Shown piece after piece: positions 27,505-39,197 of a stretch of DNA of 64,000 bases. A program made the translations under genes and the position numbers. Source of the stretch: Balanoglossus misakiensis. Its lineage: Eukaryota; Animalia; Hemichordata. The DNA is taken from contig CM082591.2 in assembly GCA_040954595.2 (NCBI GenBank), positions 6,408,266 through 6,472,265 on the forward strand, given 5' to 3'. Under the pieces are notes generated by a model. That model was not told the origin of the DNA. It ran no database searches and saw only the letters and a list, made by a program, of their open reading frames with translations. Position 1 is the first letter of the stretch. Every line of letters begins with the position of its first letter.

Positions 27505-28588
27505 TTATGTGAAAGTTTTGTCTCCATGGACAACTTCGTCTTCTTCGACAAATTCAACCTCTTCCATTTTGCGGAGCTGCGGAAAGAAATAACTAAACAT
27601 TAGATGAATATATCAGGATTCTTACATTAAATTGAATACACAAACACATACTTTCTTCCACTGTGTCTCTGTCTGTCTGATGTCTGCCTGTCTGTCTGTC
27701 TGCCCCTCCCTCTTGTATACGTTTTATATGTTAACACTATATTAACATGATACATGTATACGTACTATTTCGACAGCCTCAGCAGGAACACGTGCAACAA
27801 AACCCTTCATCAGGCTTGTAAAATCGATCTGAAAGTCAACGTGTAACCCATGTTCTTCGGCAAGAGCTTGGAACCTGTCTTCGAATTGTGCCAACTGTTC
27901 ATCAGTGAGGCCGTCCTGAATGAATACAAACACACGGTGTTCAAGACAACACTTTTGTATATACTTAAAATATGTTGTATGAACATGATGAACATGGATG
28001 GGACATGCAATACCAAGGTAATTTCACAAAAAAATCCTTGACAGGGAAGAATAACTTATAGCATGATGAAATTCGTCGATACCTACTTAGCTACTGTGGA
28101 CGGTTTCCAATAACAATACCTGTGTTTACTCAGTGGCTTTTTGTAAACAACCAGACTCGAAAGGGAAAAACCCGCCAAAGTGAATAATTGGTCTCTACCA
28201 TTCATTCATTTTAGGCGAACTTTTACTCTCATATAATACAAGCAGGATGGACGTTGTGTGTGATCGGTCGAATGTTGATTCACTATAATATATCCTCATG
28301 TAGAATAACATAAACGGTGTCTCAACCCTTATTAACAGAAAAAGGGCAGCGAGAGAGAGAAAGTTTGTCCATTTAACCGCAATGCACATTTACCTTTAGT
28401 TTGACAATGTATTCATCGTCAATTTTCTCGCCTGGGGCATGGATTAATGGAGCATCACGTTTCTGACGCAGTTCACGGACTCTGCGTTCATGTTGGACCT
28501 TCTTTATGCTTTTTCCGGAAACTGTGGTTTGCATAACAAGTAATGCAAATACGCAGAACCAAATCTTCATGAAGTGCGATTGGATCAT
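27505..28588 (-). CDS. Propeptide-only gene: signal peptide + I9 (subtilisin inhibitor/propeptide) domain, 138 aa; exons 28588-28394, 27915-27766, 27576-27505
   Basis: [27 protein letters not shown]...[25 protein letters not shown]|[15 protein letters not shown]...[14 protein letters not shown]|[23 protein letters not shown]. Same exon phases as exons 1-3 of the proteases, canonical splice sites, stop at the pro/mature junction. AATAAA on the minus strand at ~27075. Confidence 0.82.
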
Positions 28589-29968
28589 GGTCGTCTGAAA
28601 TATATATTTTTAAAAAGTCTGTGAAGTTAAGCTGAAATATTTTTTATCATGTGTGACATGTGCCGCTCACAGTTGATTTATGTAGTTGCATTGACAGCAC
28701 CAGCTTGGGAAGACTATATGTAGAATAGGCATATAAGAATCCCCTACTTTTTTCAATGTATCTTTCCGTGTGACATGCAAAGCCAACATCTACACGCATG
28801 TTTATTATTTATATCCTCGGGAATTAAGTTGGTAGTGGATGATTCGCTATTGACACTGTGTTTAAAATGACGAAAGGAATCGGGGGGGGGGGGGGGGGCA
28901 ATGCAAAAGAATCAAAATCACTGGTTGGTTCCGATCGACTTTTGATGTAAATAAAACAGTTAAAATTGGTTTATACCCGGTAGGTTTGGACAGTGCTATT
29001 TAGCATTTCTGCATGTGATGTAATATAATTATACATGCAGATATTACCATGTTACCTTTACATAAAGTTAGAACTGTTACTGTTATGTAAGCTTGACACT
29101 GAGTTAGTCGTAAAGTGTTTGAGTGACTTTAGATGAGTTAGCCTATTATAGTAAGTAACACGTAATTAATGTGAAGGGGTTGTCGCGCGGCATTTGTTGG
29201 TTTATAAACATCACAATTCATCCACAAATCCCTGAAATTGGATAATTCTTAGAATGAACGAAGCAGCCAAACGTAGCATAGACTGGACATGACAGCAACT
29301 GAAGATCCTAGTAGGTTTTGGCGACTGCAATGGGGGTTGCGCTGGTATGGGAGGGATATATTCTCATCAAGGGGAACAGAACTACATAGGATAACCATAA
29401 CATAAGGAGCCCTGGAAAAGCGCTGACAGAAGTGTATTTGTATTTGAAAGTTCATTAAACATCAGTGTCGGGTGACTGTGACAGCAGAATTCGGCCGATG
29501 TCTATGCTAATTCTATGCAAATTAATCTTCTGGTTGAATTAGGTAAAATGTGTACAGACTATTTTGTTTACAGTTTGCGCGTATACTGTCGACAAGATTG
29601 CCATGCAAACATATGATACCGGTTTCAACAAAGAGTCAATCAGTAACGTACCTTTTGGCGGCTGTAGCACACTGGTGATATGAAGAGAACAAACAAAGCT
29701 GATCACTTCTGCTGAGGTAAACGCCTTTAAACACCGTATAGATACACTGTACTGACGTGTCAGTTCGCCGATAGCCTCGTTTCGCAACTACGAAAATACT
29801 CCCAAATGTTAATTCTATGCATATTTAATATTTCAATTAATATGCAACAATCCGCCTCGTTGTTTTTCAGGCCAGCTTTAGTAAATAAGCTAGGAATCGC
29901 TACCCGCATATGTTGCAAAATTCTCTCCAAGTCTAAAATAAGTTAACAATATATATGTTTTGTTATGA

Positions 29969-30278
29969 TAAGACCAAAAAATAATACGTGCTGTTCCAAT
30001 AACACGGTTTTTAATAATAGTGTAGGTAGGGAAATTGTTTTATTTTTTATTTAAATTCTCTGGCCGCCGCAGTGTAGAAGAATGACGTCATAGTTCTTGC
30101 ATGATGCGCGCGTTTTCGTCAAAGTTCTCGCGTGATTCGCGCAATTTTCATACATTTTGTATATTGGACATCGTGACTTTTACTTCCGGGTTTACAAAGC
30201 TCTGAATAGATTAGAGTCGGCGGGTTAAAATTAGGGTAGGTCGGGTAACCGGAACAGCACCTATACTTTTTGGCCTAA
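29969..30278. mobile_element. Small MITE with ~30-bp TIRs
   Basis: taagaccaaaaaataatacgtgctgttccaataac ... gtaaccggaacagcacctatactttttggcctaa. Confidence 0.7.
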
Positions 30279-30421
30279 TTCGCCTTCGTGCCAAACAGAC
30301 CGTAGTATTTATGGTACTGCATCATTGGATATGAAATAAGTAGGATCTGATAAAAAAACAACACGGAATGGGATTTATGAGTTTTATTTTTCCGGTGTAT
30401 GCAATTAAAGACGTGGAAATC

Positions 30422-31565
30422 TAATTGTAATTAATTATATTTATAAATCTTATAACTAAAACATTTTGCTGGGTGTAAATAGTCTATTGAATTTCTGAAT
30501 TCATAGTTCTTAAAAAACAACAACGACTAAATTCCCCATGGTTCAAGTCGCAACACCACTCATAGCCATAGCAATAATTCATGTAATTGTAATTAATGAT
30601 ATTTATAAATCTTATAACTAAAACATTTTGCTGGGTGTAAATATTCTATTGAATTTCTGAATTCATAGTTCTTAAAAAAACAACAACGAATAAATTCCCC
30701 CGTTGGTTCAAGTCGCAACACCACTCATAGCCATAGCAATAATTCATGTAATTGTAATTAATGATATTTATAAATCTTATACCTAAAACATTTTGCTGGG
30801 TGTAAATAGTCTATTAAATTTCTGAATTCATAGTTCTTAAAAAACAACAACGACTAAATTCCCCATTGGTTCAAGTCGCAACACCACTCATAGCCATAGC
30901 AATAATTCATGTAATTGTAATTAATGATATTTATAAATCTTATAACTAAAACATTTTGCTGGGTGTAAATATTCTATTGAATTTCTGAATTCATAGTTCT
31001 TAAAAAAACAACAACGAATAAATTCCCCCGTTGGTTCAAGTCGCAACACCACTCATAGCCATAGCAATAATTCATGTAATTGTAATTAATGATATTTATA
31101 AATCTTATACCTAAAACATTTTGCTGGGTGTAAATAGACTATTGAATTTCTGAATTCATAGTTCTTAAAAAAACAACAACGAATAAATTCCCCCGTTGGT
31201 TCAAGTCGCAACACCACTCATAGCCATAGCAATAATTCATGTAATTGTAATTAATGATATTTATAAATCTTATAACTAAAACATTTTGCTTGGTGTAACT
31301 AGTCTATTGAATTTCTGAATTCATAGTTCTTAAAAAAACAACGAATAAATTCCCCATTGGTTCAAGTCGCAACACCACTCATAGCCATAGCAATAATTCA
31401 TGTAATTATAATTAATGATATTTATAAATCTTATAACTAAAACATTTTGCTGGGTGTAAATAGTCTATTGAATTTCTGAATTCATAGTTCTTAAAAACCA
31501 ACAACGAATAAATTCCCCCGTTGGTTCAAGTCGCAACACCACTCATAGCCATAGCAATAATTCAT
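30422..31565. repeat. Tandem satellite, 7 copies of a 161-165-bp unit
   Basis: The unit taattgtaattaatgatatttataaatc...gcaataattcatg starts at ~30422, 30584, 30749, 30912, 31077, 31242 and 31403. Confidence 0.95.
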
Positions 31566-31791
31566 TTTAGTTCTAGGAGAATAATCAGTCAAGGGGCTTT
31601 AGGGGTATTCCATGATCTAACTTAATAATATATAAAACTAATTTTAGAGCGTGTGATCGCTCCATCTGATGGGCCGTGAAAGAATCCAATGTTTTGTTTC
31701 AAAAGTCGTACCCAATAACGAGATATAAGTGACATGTATACAGAGGGGAGGAGACAGTCTGTGTCTCAAACCACTGGCAGAAGAACTTGTC

Positions 31792-32190
31792 AAGGGCGCC
31801 CTTCTGGTATATGCTCAGAGATTGTGGCTGCGGTTGTCCACTGCGCAATCTCCTAAATGTAGTCCTGCCGAGGGCGCCCTTCTGGTATATGCTCAGAGAT
31901 TGTGGCTGCGGTTGTCCACTGCGCAATCTCCTAAATGTAGTCCTGCCAAGGGCGCCCTTCTGGTATATGCTCACAGATTGTGGCTGCGGTTGTTCACTGC
32001 GCAATCTCCTAAATGTAGTCCTGCCAAGGGCGCCCTTCTGGTATATGCTCAGAGATTGTGGCTGCGGTTGTCCACTGCGCAATCTCCTAAATGTAGTCCT
32101 CCCGAGGGCGCCCTTCTGGTATATGCTCAGAGATTGTGGCTGCGGTTGTCCACAGCACATTCTCCTAAATGTAGTCCTGCTGAGGGAGCC
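31792..32190. repeat. GC-richer minisatellite, 5 copies of 78 bp
   Basis: agggcgcccttctggtatatgctcagagattgtggctgcgg...gtagtcctgcc is repeated, giving a 26-aa periodicity in the ORF track. Confidence 0.95.
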
Positions 32191-32217
32191 CTCATGCGTT
32201 GAAGTTCAACACTCACC

Positions 32218-35200
32218 CTATTTTATGAACGCCACTGATATCATACACCTACTGTTTGGTATTTCGGCTCGCCAGAAATAGGTGTAATGTCGCCGTGAAT
32301 GCAGCCCGCACTCTTCTCCAATGCCAAGGACGACACCATCGTTTCCTACCGATATATCAGTAACATGGCCATTTCTGTCAACATTGGACCACGCTCCCTG
32401 TACGCCGTTGCGTATGTATAACTTGTAACTGGGAACACCAACACCAAGCAATTGGCCGCTCGGAAGGGGTGATATAGACCGGACGCAGCAACTGGTACTT
32501 GCGGGACCACTCCATCTCCCCTCGACACCAGGACGCGTCAACAAGTGCCCGGCCTTAGCTACACCAACGATTCTACCATCTGGCAGAGCAGTGATGTCTT
32601 TGACGCAGCAGCTGTTGGCTACAGGTCCCACAATTGGTGCAGTTTCGTGTGCTTTTGTCCACAGTTTGTTATCTTTAGCAACACCAACTATTGTACCATC
32701 CGCAAGGACAGTGAGGGCGATAAAGCAACAGGAGTTGGGGAGAGGCCCAGTCCATGTCCCTTCAATATCTTCACGTTTATATATCTTGTTGTCTGTTCCA
32801 ATTCCATACATCGGTACAGCTGTGAATTACAAATAAATAAATGAATATCCAATTTTCACGTATACCTGATGCTATATTTTGCAATGGTAAAACTATCAGC
32901 CTGAGAACAATTGTATCAATTAATAAGCCCCGGTGATATTGTACTTTCTTTACGCATTTTTAATACTGTCCTGGAAGCTTTAAATTTGTGGAATTTCCAA
33001 CAGTGAGTTATCAAGTTCTGCATGCAGGATTAGGGAATGTGATATCCATGCATGGCATCTGGGTGGTCTATTACAACCTTCTCAGTGTGAAGGATATACT
33101 TACGAGGTCTAGCGAACGCCACTGACGTCACACACCGGCTGTTGGCTATCTCGCCCACCCAGCTGGATTGGAACTGTGACCGTTGCCAGAGTCCGCAAGT
33201 TCCTCCAATACCAACGAGCCGACCGTCGCCATTAACGGATATGTCACTGACAACGCCGTTATCGTCAACATTTGTCCAGCTGCTTTGCACGCCGTCACGT
33301 ATCCATATTTTCCCGGACGTGCTCACGCCAAGCAGTTGGCCGCTCGGAAGGGGTGATATAGACTGGACGCAGCAACTGGAATCTGCGGGACCACTCCATG
33401 TCCCCTCGACACCAGGACGCGTCCACAACCAATTTTCCATATCAATACCAAAGATTGTACCATCTGGCATAACAGTGATGTCTTTGACGCAGCAGCTGTT
33501 GGCTACGGGTCCTACCCATGCTGCACCGCCGTTTGCTTTAGTCAACAGTTTGTTGTTGTTACTAACACCAACTATTGTATGATCTGCTAGGACAGTGAGG
33601 GCGATGATGCAGCAAGAGTTCGGGAGAGGCCCAGTCCAATGCCCTTCAATGTCCCCGCGTTTATATATCCGTTGGTCTGTTCCAACCCCGTACAACAGCG
33701 CTGTGAAATACAAAAACAAGGGTGAGTAAACACAAGTGCTGGTGCCTTTCCAGAAATCTTACATAACCTAGACCGGCTTTGTTAAATGACAAATATTCTT
33801 TCCGACAAAAGCTCGAGTTTGCAGGTGTCTTGAAGAGAGAAATCATCATCATCGCCAAGGCCACCACAAACAACACATCAACAACAATTACCCTTCCACA
33901 ACCAACACCACCACCAACAACAACAACGTCAACGACAACAAACAACAAGAACACCACCACCATCCACAAAAATACTTGCAACAATAGCTGCAACAACCGC
34001 CAAACTAGAAACACTGTATTTCTTTAATGCCAGCAACTCATTATCTCTAAAATTGTAACAAAGTCACAATTTAGCAGACAAAGAGGCGCCCCTATCCCAA
34101 TTGCGGAGTTGAAGTAGCGCGTGTTTAGAGAGAGACATGAACAGAAAGGGGTAGGAAGGAGACTCGACTCGAACACGGACGACGAGAGTTGTTTAGCGTG
34201 TCGAATGCTCCTCTACGAAGCTCGTAGTTACCTTCTGACCGGGACATTTGCGCTTGAACGGACTGGGTTCCTCCCGATCGGTTCTTACCGATTGCCGCAC
34301 GCCGGCGGGTATGAAAGTGTGGGACGTCGATCCACCGGCCGGCTGCACTGTTCCCAACATGACCAGCTCCACGCCACTTTGAGCTGCACCGCAGTCGGAT
34401 ATCCAACCCCGGCTGCCGACAGCATATGAAGGTGTCTGAGGACTTTTCTAGTCAAAGTGTACACGTTTAAAACTTTGGGGTTTTCGGAATGGAAAAAAGC
34501 GGAACAGGAACATGGATATATACTAAATCATGAACGCAAAACAAACACGTTGAAAAAGCCAGATCTGAAAAAAATTCACGTGGCGTCCGCCGCTGGGTGC
34601 GATGACGCGTCAACGTTATTTTTCAAACAACGTATAAACCTGTCACGCTGAGTTCATATATGTTGCTGCCACAAACAACAACTTCATGCGTAGGTCGAGA
34701 AAGTTCTCAAGCGGCCGGGTGATCGCTGCAAGGTTAGCGGCGGCCTCGCACGCCGGAATTTGCCACAAAACTATCAGTCCATACAGCAAACTCGTCCGTC
34801 GTATTTATTTCAACAACACACATTCAGAATACAACACTGCAGTTTGGTACGTCGTCTCTACCCTACACTGCTAATTCTCAGCTCAATCGTCTCTCTTCGC
34901 AATACGCCGATTTTCTAAAAGAAAGTTCAACAGACAGGGTACACTGCAACCCGCCGGCGCCGAAACTTGCAATTCACGTCTCTGCTTCACAGGAATCTAC
35001 CGACCTGAACCCAGTCCGTTCAAGCGTAAACGTCCCGGTCAGAAGGTAACTACGAGCTTCGTAGAGCAGCATTGGACACGCTAAACAACTCTCGTCGTCC
35101 GTGGTCGAATCTTCCACCCCTTTTTGTTCACGTCTCTCTCAACACGCACTACTTCAACTGCACAATTGGGATGGGGGGCGCCTCTTTGTCTGCTAAATTG

Positions 35201-36293
35201 TGACGTTGTTACAATTTAAGAGATAACTCGTTGTTTGCATCAAACAAATACGGCCATACGGTAATTTTAAACATTGCACCGTGATTATGTAAAATGTCAT
35301 AGCTCTTCTTCAGTCTGTTTTCACCGGATTTGTTTACTATGAACACACAGACACGCAATAATACTTACGTCTGCAAGAACTAAAAGGCCGACACACGGGG
35401 CCAAGGAGTGTTGAGGGCCCTTCCCAAATCCAGCCAGAATTTTCTGCCGGTGACACCTCGGCGCAGATGTGAGAGAAGTAAACACAGATCCCAGATAAGA
35501 GGTCGCTATTTGCAGAGGCTGAGATCGGGACAACTGTACTTGATTGGAGGGTTATTTCACCGGGCGTAATACTCGCTTCATATCTTTCCCCATTGGCGTT
35601 GCTGCCATTGCTCGAAGCGGAGAGGAACACCTCAACTGTTAACAGATCCTTCGCTTGACCCGATATGAATCCCGTGCTGCTGTCTGCTATAGCCAGTGAC
35701 AACCACAGAGAAAACTCGTTGGGCATTCCCATGACTGCGTCGAAACTCCCATTGATTCGCAACGGATCGTCACTTGAAGCTCGCACTCGAACCAATTCTA
35801 ATAAAATGATTACAGATTAAACAACAATTTAAAATACAAGTAAAGAAAAATTGCACACTTTTAGTGTTTTGATCACAAAGGACGTCTTGCATTTTTCGCA
35901 GACCTGGGAAACATTAATTTGCAATGACCCTATTTTTCAAAATCACAGGATATGTCCTTGTTGAAATTCGAGTAATACCAACTGTCCAAGAGTGAACTGT
36001 GTAAAAACAGCAATATGTAGAACTCCCCCTTTGATTTACAACATTCCTCCTATATCAGAAAAAAATTGGCCTACATGGACAACGCATAAAGAGAAAAAAA
36101 TCATCAGCCAGAAACGTTCTGTCTTTTGTTGGCGTTTACCTCGAACTTTTGGCTGCAATGTCCTCGTTGTAGCGTCCGTTGTGTCTACTGTAACAGTAGT
36201 AGCATTCTCTGTTGTCGTCTCTGCATTCCAGTGTGTGTGGTTAAAGTTAAAATACCCAGCCATGGCCAAGCCACCTTTAATATAACACAGCAT
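32218..36293 (-). CDS. Tectonin/tachylectin-like beta-propeller lectin candidate: Thr-rich segment + ~143-aa unknown Cys-containing domain + two exons of five ~40-aa repeats each; exons ~36293-36140, 35797-35369, 33700-33104, 32819-32218
   Basis: All junctions are phase-1 GT-AG and in frame. Repeat consensus hhGV....l..R.gv.g.W.GP..nSCCv..i...pdG. The 5' end and start codon are uncertain because no clear signal peptide is seen. Confidence 0.78.
34013..35253. mobile_element. Foldback/MITE element, ~1.24 kb, with ~250-bp TIRs in an intron of the propeller gene
   Basis: 34013-34270 mirrors 35007-35253, e.g. tctacgaagctcgtagttaccttctgaccgggac vs gtcccggtcagaaggtaactacgagcttcgtaga, and aatttagcagacaaagaggcgcccc vs ggggcgcctctttgtctgctaaatt. 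Confidence 0.9.
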
Positions 36294-36846
36294 GCGACAT
36301 GATCAAGTTATTCAGCCTGTCTACATCATACTCTGTACAGGAGTGCAGTGACTCTGGCATAGTGCAGCGAAATGGAAATGTTCTAAAAGCATTCCTCCTC
36401 GGCGGGGTCTACTTAAAGTGAGGCGGGTCGTCTTAACTGTCTATGTGTGACTTTTTTGTTTATAAACACGCCGTCTTCATTGTTGTTCATATTTTGGGCT
36501 ATGCTGTCAACAAATAGAGGTTATTTTAAAGTGGATTGGAAATGAGACGAAAAGAAGGTACGCTTTGTATTAGAAGATATGGAAACTGTTTCCTTCTAAC
36601 CCAACACACTAGTCGACAATACCTATATACAGTTCACCTCCGAATTCATGAACGTTCATATGCTACTTTAAGAATACATAAACATACCGAGACACAGAAC
36701 AGCTCCTACGAGGAATAATCCTGTAATGGCAATGGATATCACGATGGCAACTCTTCTTGTTATGCCTTTCTTTGCATGTGTCTAAAAAAATTGAATCAAT
36801 ATTACTGTCTGTCTGTTTGTCTGTCTCTCTCTCTCAGTCTCTCTGT

Positions 36847-37115
36847 GTATGTATGTATGTATGTATGTATGTATGTATGTATGTATGTATGTATGTATGT
36901 ATGTATGTATGTATGTATGTATGTATGTATGTATGTATGTATGTATGTATGTATGTATGTATGTATGTATGTATGTATGTATGTATGTATGTATGTATGT
37001 ATGTATGTATGTATGTATGTATGCATGCATGCATGCATGCATGCATGCATGCATGCATGTATGTATGTATGTATGTATGTATGTATGTATGTATGTATGT
37101 ATGTATGTATGTATG
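36847..37115. repeat. (GTAT)n/(GCAT)n microsatellite
   Basis: Direct reading. Confidence 0.95.
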
Positions 37116-38581
37116 ACTGAATGCTAACAAATTCCGGTTTTAGCATATTAAGAATTGCAATCCAATTATTATTTCTAGCCAGCAACTTATATTATTTTTG
37201 TACATTCCAAGAGAAAGCAATTGGCCTTACAGGAGAGTATGCCTGACAAATATAAGGACACCACTATCCGGTCACAAACATATATTCTGATTCAAATTTA
37301 TCTTGTAATTCTGAGGACATATCATCTCAAGGTCAGATCTCATTAAAGCTGACCTCAAGTATTACCGGCTAGGACAAACAAGGTTTAAGATATTGATTTT
37401 CTTAGTGGTGGGAAACGTCGTTCGAAAATCTGACACATTATTGGATTGTTATTTCCACAGCATAATTCCATACTCCGACACTATTACTTTGCCCCACAAA
37501 AAAAAAATCGCACTTATGTGGTGAATTATTTTCCCGCTTTTTCTCGTCAAGACCTGTAATTATGGAGTAATGCTCCTAAACTCGCTGTTTTGGGAACTGG
37601 AATCCGATGACAGGTGTATGACAACCGTGGTGAATTTACCTTGATATCATTTATTACAACCAGATGGTAAGCGGTACAATTCTACGTTTCCAGTCCATAA
37701 TCGCTCGTTTCACTTACCTGATCCCTGCACGGTGCTACTTTACAGGTTTTCATCTCGGAAGTGAAATAATTCAGTTTCGTCCTTTTACTTGCTATCACAG
37801 TGCTTCACTTTCGAGGAGCGCCTCTGACTTGGGTCGACGTCGGCAAGTCTCTGCGATATCAAACAAGTGAATCTAGTTTTGTTCTCAAAATGACACGCCG
37901 CACATTTTGAATATATCAAAGACTTATTGGAAGGTTATGAGGGCTATTATCTTTTGTCTGTCTGTAACCGACGGTCATACTACTTTGAACACAGGAAAAA
38001 TAACTTTGGGCAGAAAAACGTAGCCTGGCAACACAAATTAATTCAGAATGGTATAAAAGGTTCATTTGTTCCGGTAAAAGTATCTTAGTGGGAACCGATG
38101 GAACACTATTCACCATTTTACGAAAGAACATAGCCCAGTGTGTCGTATTTCAATTGAGATTACAACCATAATACATATATCCTGTCCTAAGGTAATTGAA
38201 TAGTTTAATAATATAATCCGCTCCGACGAATAAGAGGATTGAAGGTGTACCGGCTCATTAGTTTCCACTTTGTTCTTAGGTTATAGCCGCAGACCATGCA
38301 AGAAGGTTTGCTTTCATGGGACCACATGGTTTGAAAGGGTGTTAAAAGTTTGCCACAGGCCTGCCTACTCGAGTTGCTCACTTCATTTTTCTCCGGTGTT
38401 CTTATATGAGCGAACCGCATTCTCTCGATGTTGGCAATTGAAATTTTAAATACACTTTTTAGTAGTTTCATAATTGTATTGGTATTTTAAAAATGTTTTC
38501 CTGTTTTTTTGTTTAGTTTTGTTTACTATTGGTTGATTGTAATGCTGTATGGCGTTTACCGGTATGTATGTATGTCATGCA

Positions 38582-38696
38582 GACATACATACATACATAC
38601 ATACATACATACATACATACATACATACATACATACATACATACATACATACATACATACATACATACATACATACATACATACATACATACATAC

Positions 38697-38727
<31 letters not shown>

Positions 38728-38770
38728 CATACATACATACATACAGACAGACATACAGACAGACATACAT

Positions 38771-38820
<50 letters not shown>
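38582..38820. repeat. (ACAT)n-(ACAG)n microsatellite
   Basis: Direct reading. Confidence 0.95.
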
Positions 38821-39104
38821 GTATATCAGAGAAAAATACGAACTTATACGACTTTCTGCTATTCAGCAAAGCATGAATGCATGAATGAATGAATGCAGTG
38901 ACAACATTCCAGTGCAATAACCCATATGTTTTATTCCCAAAAGATAATAACGATACCAATTATTAATACCGAGGATTGAAATACTATTTACTACGAGCCG
39001 GATCGAAATGCAAAAATGTAATCAGTTGCCACTTTTCGTGCATGCATGGCAGTGATACCGCGAATGATTTCTGTCTTCCCTGTTGAGTTTCAGTGAAGGC
39101 TGAC

Positions 39105-39197
39105 TCAACGTAGAGGTCGGGGTCCACAGTCAATACAGTCGGTTCCATAATCGCAGAGGCTGCATTGTGAATTTAGTCCACCATCACAGTCATTATT
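39105..39197 (-). pseudogene. Out-of-frame relic of the Cys-rich CDDGG tail exon in the 3' end of protease #2
   Basis: The spliced frame reads AFQ* at 39203-39193. A shifted frame reads NNDCDGGLNSQCSLCDYGTDCIDCGPRPLR*, homologous to the last repeat of protease #3. Confidence 0.85.

Noticed and set aside
28882-28898. G17 run upstream of the I9-only gene as a G-quadruplex regulator
   Set aside because: Homopolymer runs are common in this window, and nothing supports a function.
30422-31565. Possible tRNA-derived array (GGTTCAAGTC B-box-like motif in each unit)
   Set aside because: No A-box or cloverleaf could be built; treated as a plain satellite.
31699-32281. Repetitive ORFs in three frames over the 78-bp array; CRISPR-like appearance
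   Set aside because: Open frames follow from a unit length divisible by 3. There are no unique spacers or cas genes, and the context is eukaryotic.
33779-34027. Thr/Asn-rich and Val-rich ORFs
   Set aside because: Low-complexity (ACA/CAA)n intronic sequence without convincing splice sites.
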